NCBI RefSeq assembly: GCF_006345805.1
Contig: NW_021835415.1
Span: forward strand, 1-40,032
Source of the DNA: Octopus sinensis
Taxonomy: Eukaryota
Direction of reading: 5' to 3'
DNA length: 40,032 nt
Of this stretch, positions 11,011 to 21,990 are shown piece after piece. Position numbers and translations under genes: made by a program. The notes beneath the pieces were generated by a model. That model made no database searches, was not told the origin of the DNA, and worked only from the letters and a program-made list of their open reading frames with translations. Numbering within the stretch: position 1 is the first letter of the stretch; each line of letters begins with the position of its first letter.

Positions 11011-11230
11011 AGGGCGGCGAGCAGGCAGAATCGTTAGCATGCCGGATAAAAAGCTTCGCGGTATTTCGTCCGTCCTTGCGTTCTGAGTTCAAATTCCGCC
11101 GAGGTCGACTTTGCCTTTCATCCTTTCGGGGTCGATGAAATAAGTACCACTTACGCACTGGTGTCGATGTTACCGACTAGCCGCTTCTCCCCAAATCTCA
11201 GGCTTTGTGCCTATAGCTGAAAGGGTTATT
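11011..11230 (+). mobile_element. SINE family B (B1 tail)
   Basis: Near-consensus head, B box and tail. Confidence 0.9.
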
Positions 11231-11389
11231 ATAGCAATTGTTAACAAAGTCACATGAGCGTCCTTTGAGTATTTGGTCACTCCAAGTTCAGCTTTACGTT
11301 TCATCTTTCCAGGAGTGGATAAAATGCGTACCAGTCCACTACTTCACAGTTAATTTAATCGACGATAGTTGATTAAGATTCAGACTAAT

Positions 11390-11785
11390 CTTTTCTACTT
11401 TAGGCACAATGCCCGAAATTTTGGGGGAGGGGGCAGTCAATTAGATCGATCCCAAGTACGCAACTGTTACTTATTTAATCGACTCCGAAAGGATGAAAGG
11501 CAAAGTCGACCTTGGCGGTATTTGAACTCAGAACGTAAACACAGACGAAATACCTATTTCTTTACTACCCACAAGGAGCTAAACACAGAGGGGACAAACA
11601 AGGACAGATAAACGGATTAAGTCGATTGCATCGACCCCAGTGCGTAACTGGTACTTAATTTATCGACCCCGAAAGGATGAAAGGCAAAGTCGACCTCGGC
11701 GGAATTTGAACTCAGAACGTAACGGCAGACGAAATACTGCTCAGCATTTCGCCCGGCATGCTAACGTTTCTGCCAGCTCGCCGCC
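11390..11785 (-). mobile_element. Composite SINE B (B2 unit followed by a headless B1 unit) inside one 17-bp TSD
   Basis: TTAAGATTCAGACTAAT at 11373-11389 and 11786-11802. Internal direct repeat CAGACGAAATAC at 11542-11553 and 11726-11737. Confidence 0.92.
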
Positions 11786-12142
11786 TTAAGATTCAGACTA
11801 ATATGAAACTGAATGCCAAAAATAATTTACTACACTTGACTGCATTAAAATCAAGTGCGAATTGTAGCCGATAGATGATGGCGACCGTAATCATAAGATA
11901 CAGTTTCAAATTAAGTGGATTTAAGAGATTAGATAGGAATATTTGACTGGATATTAAGTGAATTGAATCAAGCTAGAGAAGTATTCACTGTATTCCGAAC
12001 CCAATATCGTGAAGTAGATTTCCTAAAAATAGGATATTCTTATTTCTATATCCAGAGAGGTGGTGGTTTAAGACACAAGAGAAAACTTAAAATAACAGTC
12101 CTCAAAAAGATACTTAGGAGCAAGGAGAGGTGACCTAGTGTA

Positions 12143-12335
12143 AAGGCGCTTGGCTTAGTGGTTAGGGTGTTGAGCCTACTATTTTACCATCGTGGTTTTG
12201 ATTCTTAGGTTTAACTGTGCATTATGTTCTTCAGCAAAACATCATTTCACGTTGCTCCAGTTCATTCAGCTGTAAATGAGTTTCAGCAATAACTAGAAAG
12301 TTAACCCTGCCATGTATTGCTGTCAGGCTCAGGAG
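12143..12335 (+). mobile_element. tRNA-derived SINE family C, diverged
   Basis: A box TGGCTTAGTGG; central TTTCACGTTGCTCCAGTTCATTCAGCTGTAAATGAG shared with 26716 and 35936. Confidence 0.75.
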
Positions 12336-12499
12336 TATGAGTTGGAGGCATGAGTTTAAGGACGCATGACAGACACTGAGAGAGACAACCTATTTATTTA
12401 TTTGTTTAATTAATTTAAGCTGTTCATGTAAATATAGTAAACCATGACAGCCTGAAAAGTAATATAATATACCCTTAGTATGTCAGAAGAAACAAAAAA

Positions 12500-14010
12500 A
12501 AAAAAGAAAAATCATTAAATATGGAAAAAATATGAAGAACGATCAAATTTTTCTGTTGCTAAATATTCTGTGAACTAAAAAAAAATATTTATGATTTGTA
12601 GATCCTTGAAAATAAACTGCACTTCAGATCTTGGTAGCTGTAGAAAAGACCAGTTTTAAAATGTTCTTTCTGAGATTGCTAAATTTTGCGTCATAATATA
12701 TATTGCCTTAAGGTTTCTAAATGGTCTCCATTAAAGCATAAAAGTACTTCCATACGAGCTGTCCTTGACAGAATGTAGTTTAACGGGACATGGCGCGTTC
12801 GAAGTCAACAAATGACGTAAACAAACTGACACCAGTTGTGTGTGTATATGTTTGTGTTTGTGTGTGTGTGTAATTACACACACACACATACACATCTCTC
12901 GATCTTACAAACCGTACCATAAACTGAACGAGAAACTCTCCTATGCAGATAAACAGTCCCGTTACCTTCCTGATAGATAACATCAGTAACAGGATATCCG
13001 ATCTCTACTGTTCTAAAGAAATATTTGATTAGACAGTCTATAACAAAGCCCGATCTAACATTGGCTTCAAAGATATGTTATAACACTTCAAGTAAAAATA
13101 TGAATCATAAAAAATAGACCTAAAACAGATCTGGAAAATACGGTTCATTCACGCACTTTCTCTCTAAACGTTAAAACTAACATAGGCAAGAAATTCCTGT
13201 TTCTTTTAGATAATCATGTCCCAGTAAACCATAAACAGAAGATTTTTAACAGACGCTCGATCAAAATATGAAGCTGCTACCCCAATACGAAGAACATTAT
13301 CACTTGTAAGCATTACCAAGAACCCACTCCCAATCGTAAGTGTCGAGATCCTGAAGATTGCCCATATGAGCAGACGTGTATGATAAACTTCGTTGTCTAT
13401 GAGGCAGAAGTCACAGCAACGTTGGAAAATAGCCTAACAGAAAAGAAAAATTACATCGGCTTATGCGAAGGTAATTTCACAAGACGTTAAGCAAACCACT
13501 TATCTTCTTTCTGGCACAGCAATAAAAGTAAAATGGGATGAGGTTTGAAAACCAACCGCATACCACATACAATCAAGTGGAGAATCTTAGATAAATTCAT
13601 GCCGTATGTGAAAAGATCTGAGATATGCAACTTATGCGTAGCTATGGACACAATTCGTTGGCAAACTGAAGCACACCAACCTCTCCAAATTGGGAAACTG
13701 TCTCGCAGAACTGAATCCCTTTCCGGTGAATTATTCTACAAGTAGTTTAATTATCGTTTTTAGTCAAAGAGGGCGTAGCTCTAAGTTTTGTTTTTCTTTT
13801 TTCGTTTTTATTCGCTCTTCCACATTTTGCACCAACCTTCACGTTATTTTTTCTCGTGATTTTTCAGGTACCAGCGTCCTCATTTTCAAGTTCTCAGAGG
13901 CCGAAAATTGATTGAAAGCACAAGGCGAATTATAAAAAAACCTGCCTAGAGAGATGTCTTCAAGACAAGAAACTAATAGTAGATCGTATCTTTATACTGC
14001 GTACATTAAA

Positions 14011-14012
<2 letters not shown>
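12500..14012 (+). pseudogene. Decayed Penelope-like retroelement with C-terminal GIY-YIG endonuclease and pseudo-LTR
   Basis: From about 12905: YKPYHKLNEKL, FSLNVKTNIGKKFLFLLDNH, KIFNRRSIKI, CRDPEDCP, VVYEAEV...YIGLCEG, IKWRILDK...CNLCV. Degenerate GTCTTCAAGAC..GAAAC near 13956, then (TA)n. The part upstream of 12900 is only weakly supported. Confidence 0.8.
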
Positions 14013-14046
<34 letters not shown>

Positions 14047-14209
14047 TAAGTAATTAAGGGTTTAGCAACGATTTGCCTCACCACACACCGAATTTAGAAA
14101 TAGCAGTCAAAGAGTTATAGCTATTCTTTCTACTAAAAGGGAGATCTCAGTAAAACCACAGCACTTGAAAGGCAAACACAGACAGGCATATATATATATA
14201 TATATATAT

Positions 14210-14413
14210 GTGACCGCGTGTGTACCGTTGGCGATTTTTTTCCTCTGTCTTCCCTTCTCTGGATCTTTCCTTCTCCTATGTTTCCGACGAAGAGCTCCGC
14301 TCGAAACGTTAAACCCTCCTTCTTTCCTTCTTTCCTGAGCGTCCAATAATACTATATTTGTTCCACGTCCTCGCGTTGTTGTGTTTTTTTGTGCTTTCAT
14401 GTTTGGATTAACT
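14210..14413 (+). mobile_element. (TA)n-flanked ~200-bp Penelope pseudo-LTR-like element, copy 1
   Basis: Highly similar to 33421-33617 with matching ends; carries a hammerhead motif. Confidence 0.8.
14280..14314 (+). ncRNA. Minimal type I hammerhead ribozyme motif with mutated core (CCGACGA)
   Basis: GTTT-CCGACGA-A-GAGC(TCC)GCTC-GAAACGTT-AAAC; U4>C relative to the 33490 copy. Confidence 0.5.
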
Positions 14414-14691
14414 ATATATATAATTGATAAAAGAAACGGAAGATAGATTTGGTACGAATCTTTATTCAGCACGACGATCGTTTCGATCCATCCTGCATCT
14501 GTCCCATAGGGGTAGGATATTGTGCATCTGGTTGTGTTGCATCAATCAGTGCTGGCTGTGTCATGTCAGGTGCTTGGTGTAGAAAAATATATCTCACTAG
14601 ATATATTGAGGTTTCCTTGGCATGTTGTTCTGGCTTTCTGTACATTGGTACACCGACTAGATCTCAGTATATCTAGTGGGATATATTTTTT

Positions 14692-14939
14692 TGGTACTTA
14701 TTCTATCGACATCTTTTGCCGAACTACCAAGTTAAGGTAAACACATCAATACCGGTAGTGACGCATATACACACACAGACACATACGACGGGCGTCTCTC
14801 AGTTTCCGTCTACCAAATCCACTAACAACGCTTTGGCCAGCTTGAGGCTATAGCAGAAGACACTTACCCAAGGTGTCACACATTGGGACTGAACCCGGAA
14901 CCATATGGTTGGGAAGCAAGCTTCTTACCACACAGCCAC
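14692..14939 (-). mobile_element. SINE family A, tail-truncated
   Basis: TGGCTGTGTGGTAAG head and GGGTTCAGTCCC B box on the minus strand. Confidence 0.85.
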
Positions 14940-15220
14940 ACACACAAACACAGGAAATCAAATACCATGCAACATTAATTCTTGATTCAGACCAGCTCCA
15001 TATGAAGTGGGGACAATAAAATAAATAAATAAAGTATTCTCCAAAATTGACATGCCATTCAGTGAAAGACAGACAAATATGATTTAAAAGGTATGTCGAA
15101 AGGAGCGATGGGTTACCAAAATGTACCGGTGCGTTAGATCGATTTCACACTTCACTTTTCACATTCGGCTTCTGTCCCTGACGTGATTGAAAAATCCTCA
15201 TAGTTACAGGTAAGCCAGTG

Positions 15221-15231
15221 TCACACACACA

Positions 15232-15318
<87 letters not shown>
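15221..15318. repeat. (CA)n microsatellite
   Basis: Directly visible. Confidence 0.98.
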
Positions 15319-15320
<2 letters not shown>

Positions 15321-15379
15321 ATGCACACATGCAAACATAACATAAGCTAATAGGATGTGAAATGAACGAGGTCTGACTG

Positions 15380-15505
15380 CTATGTCTTCTCATGTACATA
15401 CTGAAATCCATTAGGCAGTAAGATGAAAGGTGCGGGTGACATGGCTATTATATCTTCTCATGTGCATATTGAAATGCATAGGGCTGTTAGTTGAGGGTGA
15501 CTTGG
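15380..15505. repeat. Imperfect ~68-bp tandem duplication
   Basis: TCTTCTCATGT(A/G)CATA(C/T)TGAAAT(C/G)CAT...GGGTGAC(A/T)TGG occurs twice. Confidence 0.7.
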
Positions 15506-15639
15506 TTAACGGTTTGTTCTGCTTCATGGAGGTCTTTATTGATGGCGCAAACATGCAGATGCACGTTATCATTTTCGGGAGACCTTGTCTAAGAAGAGCA
15601 GTTAACAAACTGTGAAATGACCAACTCGGCGACTATATA

Positions 15640-15686
<47 letters not shown>

Positions 15687-15727
15687 GTATATATATATTA
15701 TATATATATATATATATATGTATATAC

Positions 15728-16046
15728 ACTTCTAATATAGGATACATTTTTTCAAAACAAAAGAAAAAATTTCATTAAAGTGGCAGCATATCAAAATACA
15801 TTTAAAGGTGAAAATTATAAACAATTATAAAAAAGGGCAAAAGAAAAAAAAAATTCTATGCCAATATGCTGAGAATAGACTTTAAATAGTCAATCACCAC
15901 ATTACAATATACATATTGACATAGAAATCTTTTTTTCTTTTGCGCTTATTTATAATTGTTTATAATATTCACCTTTAAAGGTATTTTAATACGCTGCCAC
16001 TTTGATGAAATGTTTTTTGAAAAAAAAATTATCCTATTATAGAAGT
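15728..16046. mobile_element. Long-arm hairpin element (MITE-like) inserted in (TA)n
   Basis: 15728-15868 is the reverse complement of 15912-16046 (for example AAAGTGGCAGC/GCTGCCACTTT and TTATAAACAATTATAA/TTATAATTGTTTATAA), around a ~43-bp loop. Confidence 0.85.
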
Positions 16047-16371
16047 ATATATATATATATATGTATGTATGTATTTATGTATGTATATGTATGTATGTAT
16101 ATGTATATATGTATATATATACAATATATATGTATAAATATTAATAATGTTTACAATTCATACCTCTATACAATGCCATAAATACGTGTTTAGGGATGTT
16201 TGCAATTATCATTCGCAAATTTGACGTGTGTATGTGTGTGTAGCCATTTCAAATAAATAATCAATTCAAATAAACAAATAATAAATTTAACTTAATAGAC
16301 AAGAAGACGTGCACAAGGAATGTATTGGTTGACGTATATAGACATTCTGTTATTCTTTTATTCTTTTAACT

Positions 16372-16448
<77 letters not shown>

Positions 16449-16800
16449 TATATTGTGAATTTATGCACGTGTGTGCGTGTTGCTTGTCTGATACCTTCTT
16501 TGAATCCCTATTTGCCATTCTTGTCATCTTCCATTCTTCATCTTTAAATGCTTATTTCTTTTGAAATCCCTCTTCCTTTCTTTTGCTTGATGCATTTAAA
16601 TAGCGCGCTTGCTATTCACACGCTAAAACATGCACAATTTCCTTTAAAATTTTTTTAACCACACACCCATACTTACTCACACACACACACACACATACAC
16701 ACCTGCACACATACACACATACACACATACACACATACACACATACAACACACACCTGCACACATTCACACATACATACACACACACATATATATATATA

Positions 16801-16985
16801 CACATTCACACATACACACACAACGTGCCTAAGCCACTCACTCACGTGGTATTTTCTTCCCTATGCGCATTTACACACACGCACACACACACACACATAT
16901 ATATACACATTCACACATACACACACAACGTGCCTAAGCCACTCACTCACGTGGTATTTTCTTCCCTATGCGCAATTACACACGC
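16801..16985. repeat. 105-bp-period tandem duplication within CA-rich sequence
   Basis: An identical 48-bp core AACGTGCCTAAG...CTATGCGCA lies at 16822-16869 and 16927-16974. Confidence 0.92.
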
Positions 16986-17309
16986 GCACACACACACACA
17001 GACACACACACACACACACACACCACACACGCACACAGACACACACACCTCTACACACATACGCACACGATTCGGTGTGTTTACACGAATTTGTTTATAG
17101 TGAGGAAATTTTCTCCATGAGAAAGTACCGAGAACGGCTTTACTACATGTTCGAACATGCCTCTAGCATAACTGGCAGCAAGTTATGTAAATTCTATGTA
17201 AATATGAAAGGCTTGCATAAATACATACATGTATGCATACATTCATGCGTTCTCGCAAACGTACACAGATTCAAAACACTCACCCACATACTCGAATGCA
17301 TTAACACAC

Positions 17310-17356
<47 letters not shown>

Positions 17357-17439
17357 CACGCACGCGCACACATTCACACGCACGCAAATACTTGCGCATG
17401 TTATCTCCCTAATTCTCTTGTCTGTCATTCTGTCTCACT

Positions 17440-17528
17440 GTCTATCTCTCTGTCTGTTTATCTGTCTGTCTGTCTGTCTGTTTATCTGTCTGTCTGTCTG
17501 TCTGTCTGTTTATCTGTCTGCCTGTCTA

Positions 17529-17571
<43 letters not shown>

Positions 17572-17642
17572 CTTTCTCTCTCTCTCTGTTTCTCTCTCTC
17601 TCTCTCTGTTTCTCTCTTCTCTCTCTCTATCTCTATCTCTTC
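17440..17642. repeat. (TCTG)n/(CT)n microsatellites
   Basis: Directly visible. Confidence 0.95.
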
Positions 17643-17789
17643 GTTTTCATAGCGTCCCACCGAAATACTCTGGTTACCTTATGCATCTAAGATGTAAACT
17701 AGGAACGAGGGAAGGAAGAAGCGAGAGTGGGAAGGTGGGAGGGAAGATAGATAGGGAGGGAGAGAGGAATAGAGTTATGTAATTTCAGC

Positions 17790-17915
17790 TCCTATTGGTC
17801 CGGGTTTCGATATCGTGTGGGAGGAATCTTGCTGCACATCCAACTCGTCTGACGTCAGAAAGTATCAGTTCTTCGTTTGTTCTGCTGCATTAGTTTAGAG
17901 GCGGAGCATTCAGTG
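17790..17915 (+). promoter_or_regulatory. Candidate Pol II promoter/enhancer: reverse CCAAT, full CRE, GC box, Inr-like motifs
   Basis: ATTGG 17794-17798; TGACGTCA 17850-17857 inside the palindrome TCTGACGTCAGA; GAGGCGGAG 17898-17906; TCAGT at 17865 and 17910. The sequence is unique and CpG-retaining. Motif evidence only. Confidence 0.4.
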
Positions 17916-18101
17916 TGTGAGTTTATACGCTGAGTGGGGTGAGAGTGAGGTGGGGGGAGGCCCTCTAAACACAACACATCTCTGCATTTCGTTCTTTTTT
18001 CTGAGAGTGTTACCCTAAGATGCGGTTTCGATGCCGTATAATGAAGGTGTTATTTAACTTCAATAATTGGACAATATTATCTCTTATGATAATCCTAGAT
18101 A

Positions 18102-18318
18102 AAAGCGGCGAGCTGTCAGAAATGTTAGAACGCAGGGCGAAAAGCTTAGCGATATTTCGTTTGTCTTTACGTTCTCAGTTCAAATTCTTCCGAGGTCGAC
18201 TTTACCTTTCATCCTTTCGGGGTCGATAAATTAAGTACCAGTTGCGTACTGGGGTCGATCTAATCGACTGCCCCCCCCCCAAATTTCGGGCCTTGTGCCT
18301 AGAGTAGAAAAGAATATT
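18102..18318 (+). mobile_element. SINE family B (B1 tail) with 10-bp TSD
   Basis: ATCCTAGATA at 18092-18101 and 18319-18328. Confidence 0.92.
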
Positions 18319-18370
18319 ATCCTAGATATACAACGGTCAGAATGGTCGCGGTTGGACCGCTGGTGATAAT

Positions 18371-18730
18371 CGGTGGTAGAATCATAAGAGTATCGGAGAA
18401 AATGCTTAGCGGTATTTCTTCTGCCGTTACGTTGTGAGTTCAAATTCCGCCGAGGTCAACTTTGCCTTTCATCCTTTCGGGGTCGATTAAATAAGTACCA
18501 GTTACGCACTGGGGTCGATATAATCGACTTAATCCGTTTGTCTGTCCTTGTTTGTCCCCTCTGTGTTTAGCCCTTGTGGGTAGTAAAGAAATAGGTATTT
18601 CTTCTGGCTTTGCGTTCTAAGTTCAAACGCTTCCAAGGTCGATTTTGCTTTTCATCTTTTTGCGGTTTTAAAAATAAGTACTAGATAAGCTCTGAGGTCG
18701 ATATAATCGATAAGCCTCCTTCCCCAAAAT
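18371..18730 (+). mobile_element. Old SINE B copy containing a young B2 unit (18424-18593)
   Basis: The direct repeat GGTATTTCTTCTG at 18411-18423 and 18594-18606 flanks a near-consensus B2 body; the outer parts are more diverged. Confidence 0.85.
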
Positions 18731-18735
18731 GTTTT

Positions 18736-18840
18736 AAACCTGGTATTTATTCCATTGGTCTCTCTAAATTACGGGGACGTAAATACACCGCCACCGGTTG
18801 TCAAGCGGTGGGGGTGGGGACAAACACAAACACACACGCA
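18736..18840 (-). mobile_element. SINE family A, 3'-half fragment
   Basis: GGGGACGTAAATACACC...CCGGTTGTCAAGCGGTG matches family A minus-strand copies. Confidence 0.75.
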
Positions 18841-18858
18841 CACACGTGCATACACACA

Positions 18859-19230
18859 CAGGCGTGGATGTGTGGTAAGAAGCTTGCTTCCCAACCATAT
18901 GCTTCCTGGTTAAGTCCCACCTTGGGCAGGGTGTCTTCTAATACAGCCTTGGGCCGACCAAAGCCTTGTGAGTGGATTTGGTGGATGGAAACTGAAAGAA
19001 GGTTGTCGTATAAATATATCTTTTCACCTATATTTGTCTGTGTCTGTCCACCCCTATCACCGCTTGACAACCGGTGTTGGTGTGTTTACGTCCCCGCAAC
19101 TTAGCGATTCGGCAAAATGGACTGATAAAATAAATAATAGGCTTAGAAAATAAGTCCTGGGGTGGATTTGTTCGACTAAGATCCCTCAAGGCAGTGCTCC
19201 AGCATACTCGCAGACATGACTGAAACAAGT
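18859..19230 (+). mobile_element. SINE family A
   Basis: TGGATGTGTGGTAAG head, CCTTGGGCAG and tail GACTGAAACAAG. Confidence 0.88.
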
Positions 19231-19654
19231 TTATAAATATATATATCTATAATTAAAAAAAAAATATATATATATATATATATATGATATATATATACAT
19301 ACATATATTATGGCTGCCCCCTCGTTATCGAGTATGGCCATTGCACGAAGCTTTACTGTTACTGGTGCTGTGATCGAATGTAACTTTTTAGCCCAGCTAA
19401 AGATCTACAATGTCTTGTACAAAATATACATAGATACATACATAATACATACATACATACATACATACATACATACATACATACATACATACATACATGT
19501 ATATGAGAGGCAAATATACATATAGCAAAAAGAACAAAAATTGGTGAGGGCTCTTTAAGTTCAAATCACATTGAAGTCAATTTTCCTATCATTCTTCGTG
19601 CGTGAATAAAATTAAGGATCGTTAAGTTCCGGGTGGAGTTATATTCATAAACGG

Positions 19655-19883
19655 CAGTATTTCTCAACCATATTTTTACCTATAAATTCTTATTTTACTC
19701 GGGTGAACCATCATAACCATTCCATATTTTTAAAAATCCTATAATATTTTTATAATTAAATATTATTAGAAATTGTATTAAAAAATTATTAAAATATTTT
19801 GTGAATTGTAAAAGTATAACCAATGTAAAGCACACAAATTTTTAACAGCAAGATCTTATATGGACCCCTCCAAGGGTCATATG
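19655..19883. mobile_element. hAT/Charlie-like MITE remnant with only one terminal repeat
   Basis: Starts CAGTATTTCTCAACC (compare the 21991 TIR); AT-rich body with a TGGACCCC subterminal motif; second TIR not found. Confidence 0.45.
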
Positions 19884-19971
19884 ACATCTTAAAGGTATCT
19901 TAAATGTGAATGGAATTATGAAAGAAAATTTATCGTGGTCGAACCCGTGACTAAACAACAACGAATTCTAC

Positions 19972-20090
19972 CCAAGTTGTCTCTTCTATGTAGCCGATTA
20001 AATTGCTAGAAATAGCAGCTAAATCTTATTTTCCTGAAGGACACCTTAAAAGTCTTAGTAAAAATGGCACATTCTAAATTCCATAGATAA
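19972..20090. repeat. Old interspersed repeat family F fragment
   Basis: TTCTATGTAGCCG...CTAGAAATAGCAGCTAAATC is similar to 21357-21400. Confidence 0.45.
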
Positions 20091-20312
20091 AATTTGCTGT
20101 GTCTAGGGAGTATCATTATTCCAATATATAAAGTTTGGTACTTCTAAAATATTTAAAAATTCTTATATAAATAAGTATATATTTTATTTATCGGCCTTGG
20201 ATTTATGGAAAATAATGGAAGAATTTGAACTTAAAATTTCCCGAGACTTATACATTAAGATAGTTAGTTAGCCCCACCTCCCACACTATATATACGAGGC
20301 CAATCTTCTTTC

Positions 20313-20796
<484 letters not shown>

Positions 20797-21065
20797 GCGC
20801 CTGCATATATATGAGCATGCGTCTGTTTGTCTGTCTGTCTGTCTGTATGTATGTATGTATGTCTGTATGTATGTATGTATGTTTACATATATGTATGTAT
20901 GTGTGTTTTCCTTTCATATCATCTAATATTATCTGATAATTTTTTTATACTATTAAGGGTTATCCTTAATATTATTGTTGCTTGGAGGGTGAAAAAATTC
21001 TAAATAAACACCCCCTTCTTCCTAGCACCCTTCAATTTTTAACATCTTTCAAATCTCTTCAAAGC

Positions 21066-21133
21066 TGACGTCATGTGAAATATTTCTATCCAATCAACAA
21101 AAGCAGTTCGTCTTAGTTGCTATTTCTGATTGG
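21066..21133. promoter_or_regulatory. CRE plus two inverted CCAAT boxes (possible regulatory site)
   Basis: TGACGTCA 21066-21073, CCAAT 21090-21094, ATTGG 21129-21133. Motif evidence only; could be transposon-borne. Confidence 0.25.
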
Positions 21134-21344
21134 TTGGTGGTATTTTCTTCGAAAGTAATTCAGAAATTCACTTTAAGTAGAATATATAAATTAAAACTTC
21201 CTTTGTAATGTGTAAAATAATTTTACTACTAAACACGGATGCTGCTTGCTAAGTTTCCGTCATATATCTTCGTTTTAGCTTTTCTTCTACCACTACAAAC
21301 TGCAGTTTTCGCCTGGCTCTATGAGCAGTAAACAGCACCAGCTG

Positions 21345-21565
21345 ACATGTAGAAGCTTCTATGTGCTTGCCGAACCTCCAAGAAATAGTAGTCACATTTC
21401 ATTCAAATATTATCATAAAATTTAGAAAAAAAGGAAGGACATATTGGAAAAATTAGATAAAACCATGCGAGAGATAGACTAAAAGAAAAACAAGAAACAA
21501 GTTGGGATAGTCGAATCTGGAACGCCTTTGATCTCATGTTTGATCAATTAAACATCGCATGGAGT
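21345..21565. repeat. Old interspersed repeat family F
   Basis: Shares AGAAATAG(T/C)AG with 20008 and CTGGAA(C/T)GCCTTT(G/C)ATC with 31531. Confidence 0.5.
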
Positions 21566-21566
21566 C

Positions 21567-21654
<88 letters not shown>

Positions 21655-21748
21655 CCTTACCATCAATCTATCCATCTGTCCGCCCGCCCGCCCCTCTGTC
21701 TGTGCGTCTGTATATGTATCGATCGATCAATATCTTTTCTGTGTGTGT

Positions 21749-21781
<33 letters not shown>

Positions 21782-21880
21782 TGTGTGTGTGTGTGTGTGC
21801 GTGTGTGTGCGTGTATGTGTGTGAGTGTGTGTGTGTGTGTGTATGTGTGTGAGCGTGTGTGTGTGTATGTGTGTGTGTCT
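21567..21880. repeat. (TATC)n, (GA)n and (GT)n microsatellites
   Basis: Directly visible. Confidence 0.93.
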
Positions 21881-21990
21881 GTGTATCCGTGTATCTCTCT
21901 GTGTGTGGCTAGAATGACATATAACAATTTTAGATATTAAGGGGTATGATCTCATCTACCTCTCTAACAAGTCTATCTGTGACTATAGAT

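Noticed and set aside
17075-17782. Longest ORF (235 aa)
   Set aside because: Its length comes from (CA)n, (TCTG)n and (CT)n tracts; it has a non-ATG start and no recognisable motif.
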